A stretch of 64,000 bases of DNA from a virus (taxonomy: Duplodnaviria; Caudoviricetes), in the IMG/VR virus record IMGVR_UViG_3300014205_000174. One strand, given 5' to 3'. Made by a program: the position numbers and the translations under genes. The notes below the pieces were generated by a model. It was given only the letters and a program-made list of their open reading frames with translations, was not told the origin of the DNA and did not search any database. Below, piece after piece: positions 1-9,913 of the stretch. How positions within the stretch are numbered: the stretch's first letter is position 1; every line of letters begins with the position of its first letter.

Positions 1-740
1 ATGTGTGGGGGTGGGTATGCTTGTGAATGTCTATACTAATTATTATTCGTACCACCAAATATTTATTTAACTTTCTTTCCGACGAGCCTGTCGGAAATAT
101 TTACTGGCGGCCCAGGAGTTAACTGAGTGACATCCATGTCACTCAGTTGGTGTGCGCATGCAATAGTAAATATTATTCAGACCACCAAATATTTACGATA
201 CGCAAAATACCCGAAATGCACCAAAGTGTATTTTGGGTATTTTGCGTATCATACTGCCGGCCATCCAATGCCTTGCAACCATTATCACCATTATCACCCA
301 GCGCCGGCCCTGGTAGCTGCGGAGCTAGGAGCCAAGAGAAATGTAGTTTTTGTAGTCTAATCTTCGAATGTTTAATATGTTTGGTTTAAAAGCATGTCAA
401 TGCCTTGAATAACTAATGCCTTGTCCCCCTACGCGGGCCAGCGCCAAGCATCAGCTCACACACCGGGGAACTCTCCCACCTATCATCCAGTGGCCGCCCA
501 TGTAGCTGCGGAGCTAGGAGCCAGAGCTCTCACAACTCTCACAACTCTCACCTCTCACCTCTCACAAAAAGGAAAGTACGGAAGGTTAGGAAAGTAAAAA
601 TGCTTATAGGGTCAGCGTAATGTAGTTTTTGTAGTGGGAATGTAGTTTTTGTAGTCTAATCTCCGAATGTTTAATATGTTTGGTTTAAAACCAGAATAAG
701 GCATTGGCTCAAATGCCTTATTCTCACAGCGGGAGCCTGC
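1..740. repeat. Repeat- and palindrome-rich non-coding region A
   Basis: Direct repeats TATTATTCnnACCACCAAATATTTA (41-65, 171-195), GTAGCTGCGGAGCTAGGAGCCA (from 313 and 502) and a ~52-nt AATGTAGTTTTTGTAGTCTAATC..TTTAAAA block (~340-391, 639-690); CTCTCAC stutter 527-565; inverted repeats 121-148, 197-250, 693-724. Confidence 0.85.
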
Positions 741-746
741 GGGGAA

Positions 747-1307
747 TTACTGGGCGAGAATTGGAATAGGCTTTACGGCCACTGCGGGCTTGCCTACGTA
801 TATATCTGGTGCCGGCTGGGGAGATGGTAGGCCGAGGAACTGCTTCGCCTTCTTGTTAATCGCGTCGTGGTTATTGGCGTATATGGCCAGCGAGATGCCT
901 AGCACAGCCCCGGCAATCAATGATGTACTGGGAGACTTGCCAAATAAGGTTCTGGCAGCCAGGTACCCGACGCCACCACCGAATGCCACTTCAGATATAG
1001 CCAACAGGGCTTTAGCTACAGGATTATTGTTGTTGCCGCCGCCCAAAGCCATGCCTATTGATATCCCCATGGTCATGACTGCACCAGCACCTATAGCTAT
1101 TCCAGTGCCTATACGCTCTCCTTTAATGTAATCCGGCAACTTACCCAGCTTATACAGACCATACGCCGGTATTGCCGCCCCTATCGCAAACGGAACCACG
1201 GCACTGAGCCTTTCCATCCGGGACTGCAAGGACAGCTCCTCCCGAGCCTGGGCATCCGGAGCATATACTGGCTTCATTGGCCCTGTTATCTTTTCACCTG
1301 GTATCAT
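747..1307 (-). CDS. Gly/Ala-rich multi-pass membrane protein, unknown function
   Basis: 186-aa ORF with about four hydrophobic GxxxG-rich segments; 13-bp-stem hairpin just downstream (693-724). Confidence 0.6.
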   Translation of the reverse strand: MIPGEKITGPMKPVYAPDAQAREELSLQSRMERLSAVVPFAIGAAIPAYGLYKLGKLPDYIKGERIGTGIAIGAGAVMTMGISIGMALGGGNNNNPVAKALLAISEVAFGGGVGYLAARTLFGKSPSTSLIAGAVLGISLAIYANNHDAINKKAKQFLGLPSPQPAPDIYVGKPAVAVKPIPILAQ

Positions 1308-1395
1308 TACACAGATATAATAAATGATATAAACTGATTCAAATGCCTTGGTAATCTAAGGTCTTGTCCCACCGCATGCATAATATGCCTGACCT

Positions 1396-1851
1396 TCACC
1401 TCTTTAAAACATACTCATAATTCACATTAAATACAAGATTCCACGTAAACCCTGTAATGCTCCACCAAAGGGCTTTATCCCAAAAAACGTTACCTTTTAT
1501 AATCGGATGTGTACGGTGCATAAGTTCGGCTACAGGGACAAACAATGCACCAACCATAATGCTCTTTTCGATATGCCACGCGTCAATGTGGTATCCTGCA
1601 ACTGTCTTACTTGTTGCCCAGCTTACATTTGGATTCCAAAAGTTAGGGTCTGCATTTTTGAATACAGATACACCGTAATGGTCTTTTTGCGTATCCATTA
1701 GTGCGTTCATACCTGCCGCAAGCGTTACCGCCCCTAATGAATTACGAAGGCTCCTGTCTTTCTTTTGCGCAAAGCAGGAAAGGCAAGCCGCCAAACACAG
1801 TAGCAGAAATAGCCAATTTAATTTTTCGGGGTTTTCTATTATCTTTCTCAT
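1396..1851 (-). CDS. Hypothetical membrane protein
   Basis: 151-aa ORF, hydrophobic N-terminus, Trp-rich; follows the fibre-like gene. Confidence 0.6.
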   Translation of the reverse strand: MRKIIENPEKLNWLFLLLCLAACLSCFAQKKDRSLRNSLGAVTLAAGMNALMDTQKDHYGVSVFKNADPNFWNPNVSWATSKTVAGYHIDAWHIEKSIMVGALFVPVAELMHRTHPIIKGNVFWDKALWWSITGFTWNLVFNVNYEYVLKR

Positions 1852-1869
1852 GGTTTAAATGTTTCTTCA

Positions 1870-3865
1870 TTATAATGATGTTATTGTTTCCCATGCACTT
1901 CCGGTATAAAGGCATAGTTTATGCAACGTTAAATCGTAAACTATTAATCCCTCCGCAGGTGAACTAATTGCATCCTTTTGAGTGGTAGTCATTCTTGGCG
2001 GAAGCAGTCCTTGTGTTGTTGATGATACCGTTAATACAGAAGATGCAACGGGTGTTGTTTCTTGTATAAGAACTCCTCCTCCGGTAGGGTTTAATTGAAC
2101 TGGATATGTATCTGCATATCCCCTTAATACTGTTGCTGCATTTGGCTGCGCAAAGAATGTATAAGTAACATTGTTGGTTTTAATTCCAAAATTGTAAGGG
2201 TTGGCAATATCAACATTATTGTTCCCGCAATCAATGTTACCCGTTATGTTAATTGATGTTGGAGTACCTACAGCCGTTAAATTCGTTAGTTTTAATGAAC
2301 CTGCAAAACTTCCTGCCGCACCTGTTCCTACACCAATTACACCATCGGAAATCCTCGAAATAGCTGCATTAGGTGCTCCAACTGATGGTGAAGCAGCAAA
2401 TCCAAATACAACTCCGTTAGGCACATTTAATCCAAGATTCCCTGCCGATGCAACCAGCGTCCCCCCTTGTAGAAACGACAATCCTTCTACACCACCAGTA
2501 TTTGTTGAAATCCCATTTCGAAGATTCTCTTATCAACCATTGGCCAAATGAAAATGGGCCCAATGTTCCGCCTGATACATTTATAGTTTTAGTTGTAAGT
2601 GACCCATTGAATGACATACTCATCAACGTGTTTGCCCCATTATTGCCACCTGTCCACACATAGGCATCGCCACTTGTCTGATTACCTGTTGTAGACTTAA
2701 AAGTAAGTACATCACTTGCCCCTGTACCACCGACAATCGTTGATGCCATTAGTGAACCTGAAAAATTACCAGCAGTTCCATTGCCTACACTAATAACTCC
2801 TGCTGAAATTCGGGATATAGCAGCATCGGGTAAAGTTCCGTAGCAATTATTTGAAGAGGTAAACCCCCATGTTGCATCAGAACGAGTATAATTACCATAA
2901 GCCCCGCCGCTAAAAACAATTGCATTTGATGTATTCAATTTAACAACTATTGAAGGCACGGACAAGCAAGGGAAACAATAATCAAAGCCTGTAACAGTAT
3001 TTGAATTAGCAACATCATTAAATGCGAAATTAGGGCCTGTGCTTGTAGAGGTTGAAGCAGGGGCTAACACCCGACTGTCTGATATAACTAATCCCTTAGT
3101 GGCATTACTTGTAGATGATAATGTAAGATTCTCACTCGCCCCTGTACCACCAATAACCGTTGATACCATTAAAGAACCTGCATAACTTCCTACTGCACCC
3201 GTTCCCACACCTAATACTCCTGCTGAAATACGAGTAAGTGAAGCATCGGCAGCTACAGCTGATGTAGTCGCGCTACAAAAACCAAGTGTACCAAAAATAC
3301 TAAGCATTTCTTGTCCTGCTGAAGTACCCCAAGTTTCATAAGCTGTACCTGCTATTACTTTATCTATCGAATTACCTGACCTTCCAAAAAAACCACTTGT
3401 TCCATCAGCACTTAATGCAAATAAAGATGTTCCACTCTCAACTATAAGTTTACCCTTAGTCCCATTACTTGTACTCGACAATGTAAGATTCTCACCCGCC
3501 CCCGTACCACCGATACCCGCTTGCCCTCCGGAAACACCCGTAGATAAATGAGCGGATATCGCATTTGCCGCAGATATTGCTATACCCGTAGATGCCGTAT
3601 ATGCACCACCACCCTGGCCTCCCACCGCCTCCCAGTATGTGCCATTGTACACGTATACATCAAAGGTACCTGGCTGCATGGTTATGCTACCCGCCCTGGT
3701 ACTGTCCGTAAGCATGGTAGTATCCTTCAATGGCATCAAAAATGATGTAGATGCAGCCAAACGCTGGAACGCATTACCATAGTTGTATATCGTATAATAC
3801 GGCTGACTCTGGCCTAATGCCTTAATACTCAAAAATAATAAACAGATAAAAAATATCTTCTTCAT
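1870..3865 (-). CDS. Repetitive fibre/adhesin-like protein split by an apparent +1 frameshift near 2530
   Basis: Signal peptide MKKIFFICLLFLSIKALGQ; three modules of (A/S)(I/L)(S/T)RIS(A/D)GV.GVG.G..G...GSL; C-terminal Bacteroidota-type motif SSTTQGLLPPRMTTTQKDAISSPAEGLIVYD lies in a second frame (open 2529-1870). Confidence 0.7.
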
Positions 3866-4800
3866 GTTTATGGATTTTTATATGTCGTTTAAAACGGCAC
3901 AAAAGCATCGCCCCTTTTACACTAAGAATCAGACGTTTACCGAAAATTGTTCGGTTTTTTGCATTATGCGCTAATATAAAGAATTATATTGTATTCATTT
4001 CGGCCATTTCAACCACTTCGCCTTCATCGGCATAAACCATACGTGGGTCGTTTGCAAGAGCGCATTGTTCCTCCCTTATATATTTCACAGTATCACTACG
4101 CAAATATAATAAATAATTACTTACCAATTCAAATGCCTTGTTTCCCTCACCAGTAAGGGAAACATCTCTCTGCGCCGGCTCCAGCCACCATTAGTATTAA
4201 ATCCCATTGAGCCTACCGGCTTTTATAAATCTGCGCATGCATAATATGTTTGAGTTAAAACAACCTCAATGCCTTGCCACCCTGCCGGGGCCATCACCGA
4301 ACCACATAAACCACATAAACCACGTAAACCACATCCGGCTATTCTCAAAAATTGCAATGTTTGATTTATGATGCCTTACTCCATTCCAGAGACCATCACC
4401 AAACTTTCCTTACTTTCCTTTTCTGCCAGTTAGGAAAGTAAAGAAAGTTTTTTTACGTATAGCCTGGGTAGTGGTGAAGCCAGGAACCAGGCTGGAAATG
4501 TAGTTTTTGTAGTCTGATTTTATAATGCCTAATATGTTGGTTTTAAAAGCAGGTGTAATGAGATGAAACGCAAGCTGGACAAGGGGTTCACTAATTTCAC
4601 CTTTTATTCACCAATTTCACCTTTCCTATCCGCCATTCGCTATTTTTTTTACCGGCGAAACGCAAGCTGGACAAGGAGTTCATGAATTTCATAAAAATCA
4701 TGTTTTTATTCACCAATATCACTTCTTAACTTCGCGGCCCAGCAGGTACCCTTCTACCGAAATTTCCACGCCAGCGATACTTGAATGCCTTGTTTCATAT
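3866..4800. repeat. Repeat-rich non-coding region B sharing motifs with region A
   Basis: AACCAC(A/G)TAA tandem ~4300-4334; GAAACGCAAGCTGGACAAGG twice (from 4565 and 4657); AATGTAGTTTTTGTAGTCT at 4497; AATGCCTTG at 4132, 4268, 4784. Confidence 0.8.
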
Positions 4801-4828
4801 GCGGAATTTCTTTTGTAATTTCGTATGC

Positions 4829-5437
4829 ATGGATATTAATTGCTTCTTAATCGTTCCGGATGGCACCACGCACCGATATATCTCCATGCAGGGCCATAAC
4901 CCCGATGCCTGTTACGGACACCCACACAGGGCTTCTATTCGCCTTGCTGATGGACTTGTTACCGACAATGAATCTTCCTGGCATATGCGGACGCCACACA
5001 CAATGCCGCCATCCTCATTCCCGGTAAAATGCGACGCCTGCGACTATATGTTTCAGTGGGATAATGATACCTATATACTCGATATCCGGCATGTATGGGT
5101 GCGGAATGATAGCAGGGAGTTCTGTTGCGATTCCATACACTCAGCTCCGCCTGGAGCCATGTGGTTCGCCGACTGGATGGAAGATATGCTCAACTACTGC
5201 GGCCCTGACGGAAAATGCCTGTGCGTAATGACACCAGGAGGCATATGGCATATCGACAGCAGGGCCTCCAACTGTGGCCTGCCTGAAGATAATATCCATA
5301 AATGCTGGGTGCGACACGGAGACGCGCCGGATATCACCGTGGATAAGGCAGGCAACACCTGTAATGCTGGGGCTGGCAGTATTTCACTTCCAGGTTATCA
5401 TGGATTCCTGCGGGCCGGGAAGCTAGTGGATGCGTAA
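4829..5437 (+). CDS. Cys/His-rich conserved phage protein (possible metal binding)
   Basis: CDAC; PGAMW..GPDG.CL.V.TPGG.WHID.RASNC; CWVRHG; YHGFL..G.L; ATG 4829 preferred. Confidence 0.65.
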   Translation: MDINCFLIVPDGTTHRYISMQGHNPDACYGHPHRASIRLADGLVTDNESSWHMRTPHTMPPSSFPVKCDACDYMFQWDNDTYILDIRHVWVRNDSREFCCDSIHSAPPGAMWFADWMEDMLNYCGPDGKCLCVMTPGGIWHIDSRASNCGLPEDNIHKCWVRHGDAPDITVDKAGNTCNAGAGSISLPGYHGFLRAGKLVDA

Positions 5438-5684
5438 GACGCGCATTGGCTTTTGCAAAATGGTCGAAAAATATTCCGCAAAATCATCAAAAAATATTCC
5501 TGAGCTATCACCAAAAAAGAAAAAGCCTGGTGTTGCCCCCAGACTTTTCCCCCGTGAAAGGAAACTATATGCAATAAACAGTGACTACAAAGATAGTAAC
5601 TCATTCGATATTACCAAAGAAAAAGGCCTGGACCTGCTCCTTGAGCCACCAGACCTCTTCCTTGACTGTAAACAACTAGCTTAA
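5430..5684 (+). CDS. Hypothetical basic protein
   Basis: 84-aa ORF overlapping the upstream stop. Confidence 0.4.
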   Translation: MRKTRIGFCKMVEKYSAKSSKNIPELSPKKKKPGVAPRLFPRERKLYAINSDYKDSNSFDITKEKGLDLLLEPPDLFLDCKQLA

Positions 5685-5733
5685 CTGTAGCGTAAATGTA
5701 CGAAAATTTTGTTACGCCACTTTTATTTTCTAC

Positions 5734-5973
5734 TCAACTGACAATGCCACGCCACTCTGCGCATATGACTGTTTCACCAATCAGCTTGCCATTACTACCA
5801 TGGTCGGAAACCGGCGTCACAAACCAATCAAAGGTATTCTCCATCCAGCCTTGGCGTACCATCAACTTTTCTTTACCCTTGGTTAGGTTATAAGCGCCTG
5901 GCTGCACTCCTGATTTTTTACAGGTATACCATTTGTTTATCATGTCGAATAAATAACCGTCAATCTGCTTCAT
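5734..5973 (-). CDS. Hypothetical protein
   Basis: ORF in tight - strand operon. Confidence 0.6.
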   Translation of the reverse strand: MKQIDGYLFDMINKWYTCKKSGVQPGAYNLTKGKEKLMVRQGWMENTFDWFVTPVSDHGSNGKLIGETVICAEWRGIVS

Positions 5974-5980
5974 AACTTGT

Positions 5981-6508
5981 TTATAGTTTTATGAAATTCC
6001 TAACGAACATTCTAACTGGCACATACTCATCTATGTTTTTTAGCTTAAGATAAATATGTCCATTGTCCATCAAATATATGCCAGCCACGTTATGTTCGGT
6101 AAGTGCTTGCCAATCCTGGAATGGAACGTGATTAGGATATGTAGTAAAAGCAACTGCATCCCCTTTCCTGACTTCAAACGTATTTATTTCTACCAAGGGG
6201 AGCTCCTTCTCTATCTTAGGTGGTATACGCCAGTCCTTAATCTGATGGCAATTCCCAGTATTTTTACTCTTAGCAAATCTTGGCAGGTGGTCTGGTATTT
6301 TCCCATTATTACTTTTAAAACGCCTGCCACAAGCTGGGCACTCTACTATATATTTTTTACCGGGGGTGGCTTTGGGGGAATCCGAAAAGGTAGATTCAAG
6401 TCTTTTTATGGTAGAATTCATGCGGCCCGAGGCGGTATAGCCCAGCTTACCTGGTCTAAGGATATCTTCGCCTACTTTTACCCGCTTTATGCCGTTCTTG
6501 GTTTTCAT
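5981..6508 (-). CDS. Hypothetical protein with Zn-ribbon-like motif
   Basis: CPACGR...H...C. Confidence 0.6.
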   Translation of the reverse strand: MKTKNGIKRVKVGEDILRPGKLGYTASGRMNSTIKRLESTFSDSPKATPGKKYIVECPACGRRFKSNNGKIPDHLPRFAKSKNTGNCHQIKDWRIPPKIEKELPLVEINTFEVRKGDAVAFTTYPNHVPFQDWQALTEHNVAGIYLMDNGHIYLKLKNIDEYVPVRMFVRNFIKL

Positions 6509-6516
6509 AGCATTAT

Positions 6517-7023
6517 TTAAAAAGAATAATCGTGATATTCGTCTTTGACGCCCCAGAGGATATTTACTTTGCTGTATTGTTTCCTGATTTCAGTCTTACC
6601 GGGGATAACCACAGTCAACTCAACCCCGTCATTAGGGTAAAGCAGCTTATGGTCATCTGAATCGAACCATTTCGGGCCAATAGTTTTCGCATACTCTTCG
6701 GTGAACATAATTTTACTCACCTCTTTCCTCCAGGCACCCCATTTCCAAACTATAATTTCGTTGAACCCGTTCAGGATGGTGTATGCATAGTTTTGTGTTT
6801 CTGACATCCCGTTATTGTCAGTACGAACTGGCTGGTATTGCTGAATTACAACACGCTTTTTATCTTCAGACGCGCTAATAACCTCATATGCATGCCTGTC
6901 AGTCCATGACAACATAGTGCAGCCTGCACCAACCTGGGGCAATGTAGCATTATTGCCCATCATATAATTCATGAAAGAACCTGTTGTTGTGCCCGCTACT
7001 GACTTCTGCTGAAACTGTTTCAT
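6517..7023 (-). CDS. Conserved phage hypothetical protein
   Basis: P.VG.G.T...WTDR.AYEV motif; directly behind a sigma-54-type motif. Confidence 0.65.
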   Translation of the reverse strand: MKQFQQKSVAGTTTGSFMNYMMGNNATLPQVGAGCTMLSWTDRHAYEVISASEDKKRVVIQQYQPVRTDNNGMSETQNYAYTILNGFNEIIVWKWGAWRKEVSKIMFTEEYAKTIGPKWFDSDDHKLLYPNDGVELTVVIPGKTEIRKQYSKVNILWGVKDEYHDYSF

Positions 7024-7044
7024 ATATTCTGTTTCAATTGGTAG

Positions 7045-7060
7045 TGCAATTTACGTGCCA
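7045..7060 (-). promoter_or_regulatory. Sigma-54-type -24/-12 promoter
   Basis: TGGCACG-TAAA-TTGCA, ~22 nt before ATG 7023. Confidence 0.75.
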
Positions 7061-7134
7061 GAAATGTAAAAAAGGCCAGTCGGCACGCCTCTCGACTACC
7101 CGCACTATCATCACGCGCAATGTAATATATGGTT

Positions 7135-7752
7135 TTAATCCAATCCGAAAAACGTTTTGAAAACAAATGCAATAACACAAGTTATCAAGAGTACTAAAAT
7201 AACATGGAAGTTAATAAAAGGCAATTGAGCAATGAACATACCCAGAAACAAACTTATTGCAATGCAAAAACCCATAATCAACCGAAACTTGCTCCGGGTA
7301 TACACCACGCTGTCTGCGGGGACACCACCATCCTTAGAGGAAGATGGCAATGCCGGGGTGGCTGAGGCTGCTATCAATGTCTTTTCTTCTTCCGGCACCA
7401 GTAGGTCTAACGCATTGCCATAAGCATTGCGCTGCCCCTCGTAATACCAAGTATCGTCATTCCGACCAGTACCTTCTTTTTTAGCGCTTTCAAGCGCTTG
7501 ATTATATGAGGTACATGCCTCCAGCCATAATTGCGTCACCGCATCTCGCACTCCAGGCTCTGCGCTCCCCACAATCACTACGGAATCCATAACCATCAAT
7601 GGCCGTACCCACCACTTACTTAAATACTCTTGGTCACCCTGCGCAATGTCATCTATGCATTTCTGGGCAGCATCCTTTGTTAACCAACACTGGTTTGACC
7701 ACGCCAGTATATTACCGGTGCCCTTTTGCATTATCACATAAACTTGCTTCAT
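7135..7752 (-). CDS. Hypothetical protein with two C-terminal TM helices
   Basis: 205-aa ORF, hydrophobic C-terminus. Confidence 0.6.
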   Translation of the reverse strand: MKQVYVIMQKGTGNILAWSNQCWLTKDAAQKCIDDIAQGDQEYLSKWWVRPLMVMDSVVIVGSAEPGVRDAVTQLWLEACTSYNQALESAKKEGTGRNDDTWYYEGQRNAYGNALDLLVPEEEKTLIAASATPALPSSSKDGGVPADSVVYTRSKFRLIMGFCIAISLFLGMFIAQLPFINFHVILVLLITCVIAFVFKTFFGLD

Positions 7753-8657
7753 GTTGTCGGTGTGTTTTTATTTAAAAGATTAATGAGCGTTTGTTCCGGC
7801 AAATAGTGTGTGCACATAAATTCCTCCCCAGTATAATCCTGGCAAACGACCTTAATACGCCCATGACGTATCAACCTGCCAATATTAATATTATCACGGT
7901 TATCTATATTTATAGCCAAAACAATACCGACTGGCATGTTGCTTTTGTCTATTTCCAGCCAATTTATTTCTTTGTTTTGCCTGTACCATTCTACACCCTT
8001 TTCAAACCCGAGCCTTACGCAAGCCTTTTCATCGCCAGATATATGCCCTTGTATACTTTCCGCAAAATCGTTGCCTGCCCGAAGCACCTCTTTAAAGAAG
8101 GAATCCGCCACCTCATTCACTTCAGCAACCTTCTTCGGCTCTATTCGCAACACTATATCGGTTCCCGATAGCTTGGGCAGGTCTGCGTAATAATCGCCAT
8201 AGGATGGGAAAGCTCGGGCCACCATAACCCGGCAATCACCCTGGCAGTCTGCCCATTCTTCAATAAATTCCTTAGATATAGTCGGTATATTTTTCAGCGT
8301 ATTCAACGTGCTGTCATTAGTAGCTAATATTCTCTTATACGCAACGTAATTTTTGTGCAGAATAAAACTGCGGTCTTTTGAATAAAACCTATCATCTATC
8401 GGAAATTTTTTACCTACCTGAACTATCGTAGGTATGGTTTTGATTGTTTTTGAAGTGGGTATATAAACCCAGTCATTCTCCCGTATACTGCCATCATCGA
8501 CAATATACATAGTCAGTGGCTGCCATCCATCGTTAATAAAACTACTGGTAACGTTCCCGACAAAAACACCACATACGTTACGCACCAAATCGCCTATCTG
8601 CGGCAACTTTTTATTCTGCGGTTCCGTTATTACATCGACTGATTTATATAGCTCCAT
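7749..8657 (-). CDS. Phage hypothetical protein (paralogue family D)
   Basis: RILAT...IPTIS.EFIEEW resembles 32991, 34285 and 35207 ORFs. Confidence 0.6.
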   Translation of the reverse strand: MELYKSVDVITEPQNKKLPQIGDLVRNVCGVFVGNVTSSFINDGWQPLTMYIVDDGSIRENDWVYIPTSKTIKTIPTIVQVGKKFPIDDRFYSKDRSFILHKNYVAYKRILATNDSTLNTLKNIPTISKEFIEEWADCQGDCRVMVARAFPSYGDYYADLPKLSGTDIVLRIEPKKVAEVNEVADSFFKEVLRAGNDFAESIQGHISGDEKACVRLGFEKGVEWYRQNKEINWLEIDKSNMPVGIVLAINIDNRDNINIGRLIRHGRIKVVCQDYTGEEFMCTHYLPEQTLINLLNKNTPTT

Positions 8658-8659
8658 AA

Positions 8660-9172
8660 CTATGCTTTTTTGGGTATTCTTTTCCTTTTAGGTTTGCCGC
8701 TGGAAAATAGCATCTCGCTATCCGGTATCTTTTCCGGCTCCAGCATTTCAGACGCTGCAATCATTTCTTCAATTGGCGGCTCCTCATATTCCACAACCTC
8801 AATGGCCGCCAAAATATACACCCGCTTTTTTGTCCCCAGCGCCAACTGCTCTGCCTGCTTCTTTGCCGACTGACGAGAACCATGCTTGGCTGTAGGCGCA
8901 GAACCCCCTTCCACAAAAAGCATATGAAAGCTATCGCCTTCTATTTTCTCAATTGGCAAATCATGAGAACATACCGTGCCGACATACTGCTTATCAAATA
9001 CACGCGGTTGCCCTGCCTCCGCTTTGCCTGGCGCATGAAATAACAAGTGCGTTACAGTCCCGCGCGGCTCTTTCAATTTAACCATTTTAAGTGCAACAAA
9101 ATCATTTCCCTTGTCGGTGTGATTTACTTTGCTCTGGTCAATCTGTTTTAAGTTAATCAGTACGTTCTTCAT
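8660..9172 (-). CDS. Hypothetical protein
   Basis: 170-aa ORF in operon. Confidence 0.6.
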   Translation of the reverse strand: MKNVLINLKQIDQSKVNHTDKGNDFVALKMVKLKEPRGTVTHLLFHAPGKAEAGQPRVFDKQYVGTVCSHDLPIEKIEGDSFHMLFVEGGSAPTAKHGSRQSAKKQAEQLALGTKKRVYILAAIEVVEYEEPPIEEMIAASEMLEPEKIPDSEMLFSSGKPKRKRIPKKA

Positions 9173-9187
9173 TTCCTGTTTTTTTAT

Positions 9188-9424
9188 TTATTTTTTAGAT
9201 AATAATACTTTTTCAAAACAAAAGTCATTTAGCGCAGCTTGTATGGCCATATTCTTGGCTTCAAACTTATTACTGCCTCGCCCTGAATACTTTATGGCAC
9301 CCGGCAACACCAAATCAATGGTTATTGTGGGCGCATGCGACACACCCTCGCTATTGCAGTTAGCAAAAGTAATGTTCTCCTTGGTCAGCTTCTGTATTTG
9401 CTGAGAAAATTCCGCTATAGTCAT
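9188..9424 (-). CDS. Stand-alone double-stranded RNA-binding motif (dsRBD)-like protein
   Basis: EGVSHAPTIT...YSGRGSNKFEAKNMAIQAAL fits dsRBD consensus G.H.P.F...G.G.SKK.A...AA..AL; ATG 9424. Confidence 0.6.
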   Translation of the reverse strand: MTIAEFSQQIQKLTKENITFANCNSEGVSHAPTITIDLVLPGAIKYSGRGSNKFEAKNMAIQAALNDFCFEKVLLSKK

Positions 9425-9434
9425 GTTTACCTGA

Positions 9435-9743
9435 TTATTCTCCAGTAATAGTTTGTAACCCGTCATCATTAACAGTAAGGCGCAAGGCACTCACCCATTC
9501 ACCCCATTTGTTTTTTGTCTGTCTTTCCAAGACAACATCATATGCATGCCGGTATGAAATAATTCCTGTTTCAGGGTTTCTGTACCATCCAGTCCGGACA
9601 GATTCCACCGTAGCCCATTCCCAGGCGTTAGCGTCAATCATATTGCCATTCGCATCTTTTTTCTTCTTTTTATAGTTATGCACAAATACCCTGTCGTCAT
9701 TAAAGGCTTTGGGCATCTGCTGTCTGGTTAATCCTTCTATCAT
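9435..9743 (-). CDS. Hypothetical protein
   Basis: ORF in operon. Confidence 0.55.
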   Translation of the reverse strand: MIEGLTRQQMPKAFNDDRVFVHNYKKKKKDANGNMIDANAWEWATVESVRTGWYRNPETGIISYRHAYDVVLERQTKNKWGEWVSALRLTVNDDGLQTITGE

Positions 9744-9913
9744 GATGGTATTGGTTTTACAAATATTTCTTTAATTTCTTTTTCCTGGACTTCAGTGCCT
9801 TTGAAGCAGTACTCTTCAGTTCACCACTGTAAGTATTCCTACTAACGGCTATCACCTCATCTGTCGACATATGCCAGATATCCGATGTGTCAATAAACTT
9901 TACTTTTGAATAA

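Noticed and set aside
127-389. Short ORFs in region A
   Set aside because: They run through palindromes and repeats and show no protein-like features.
1870-3865. Diversity-generating retroelement or invertase shufflon acting on the fibre gene
   Set aside because: No reverse transcriptase or recombinase in the window, no adenine-specific TR/VR pair, and repeats are direct and in frame.
1-4800. CRISPR array in the repeat-rich regions
   Set aside because: Repeats come as pairs or stutters with irregular spacing; no constant repeat-spacer period and no cas genes.
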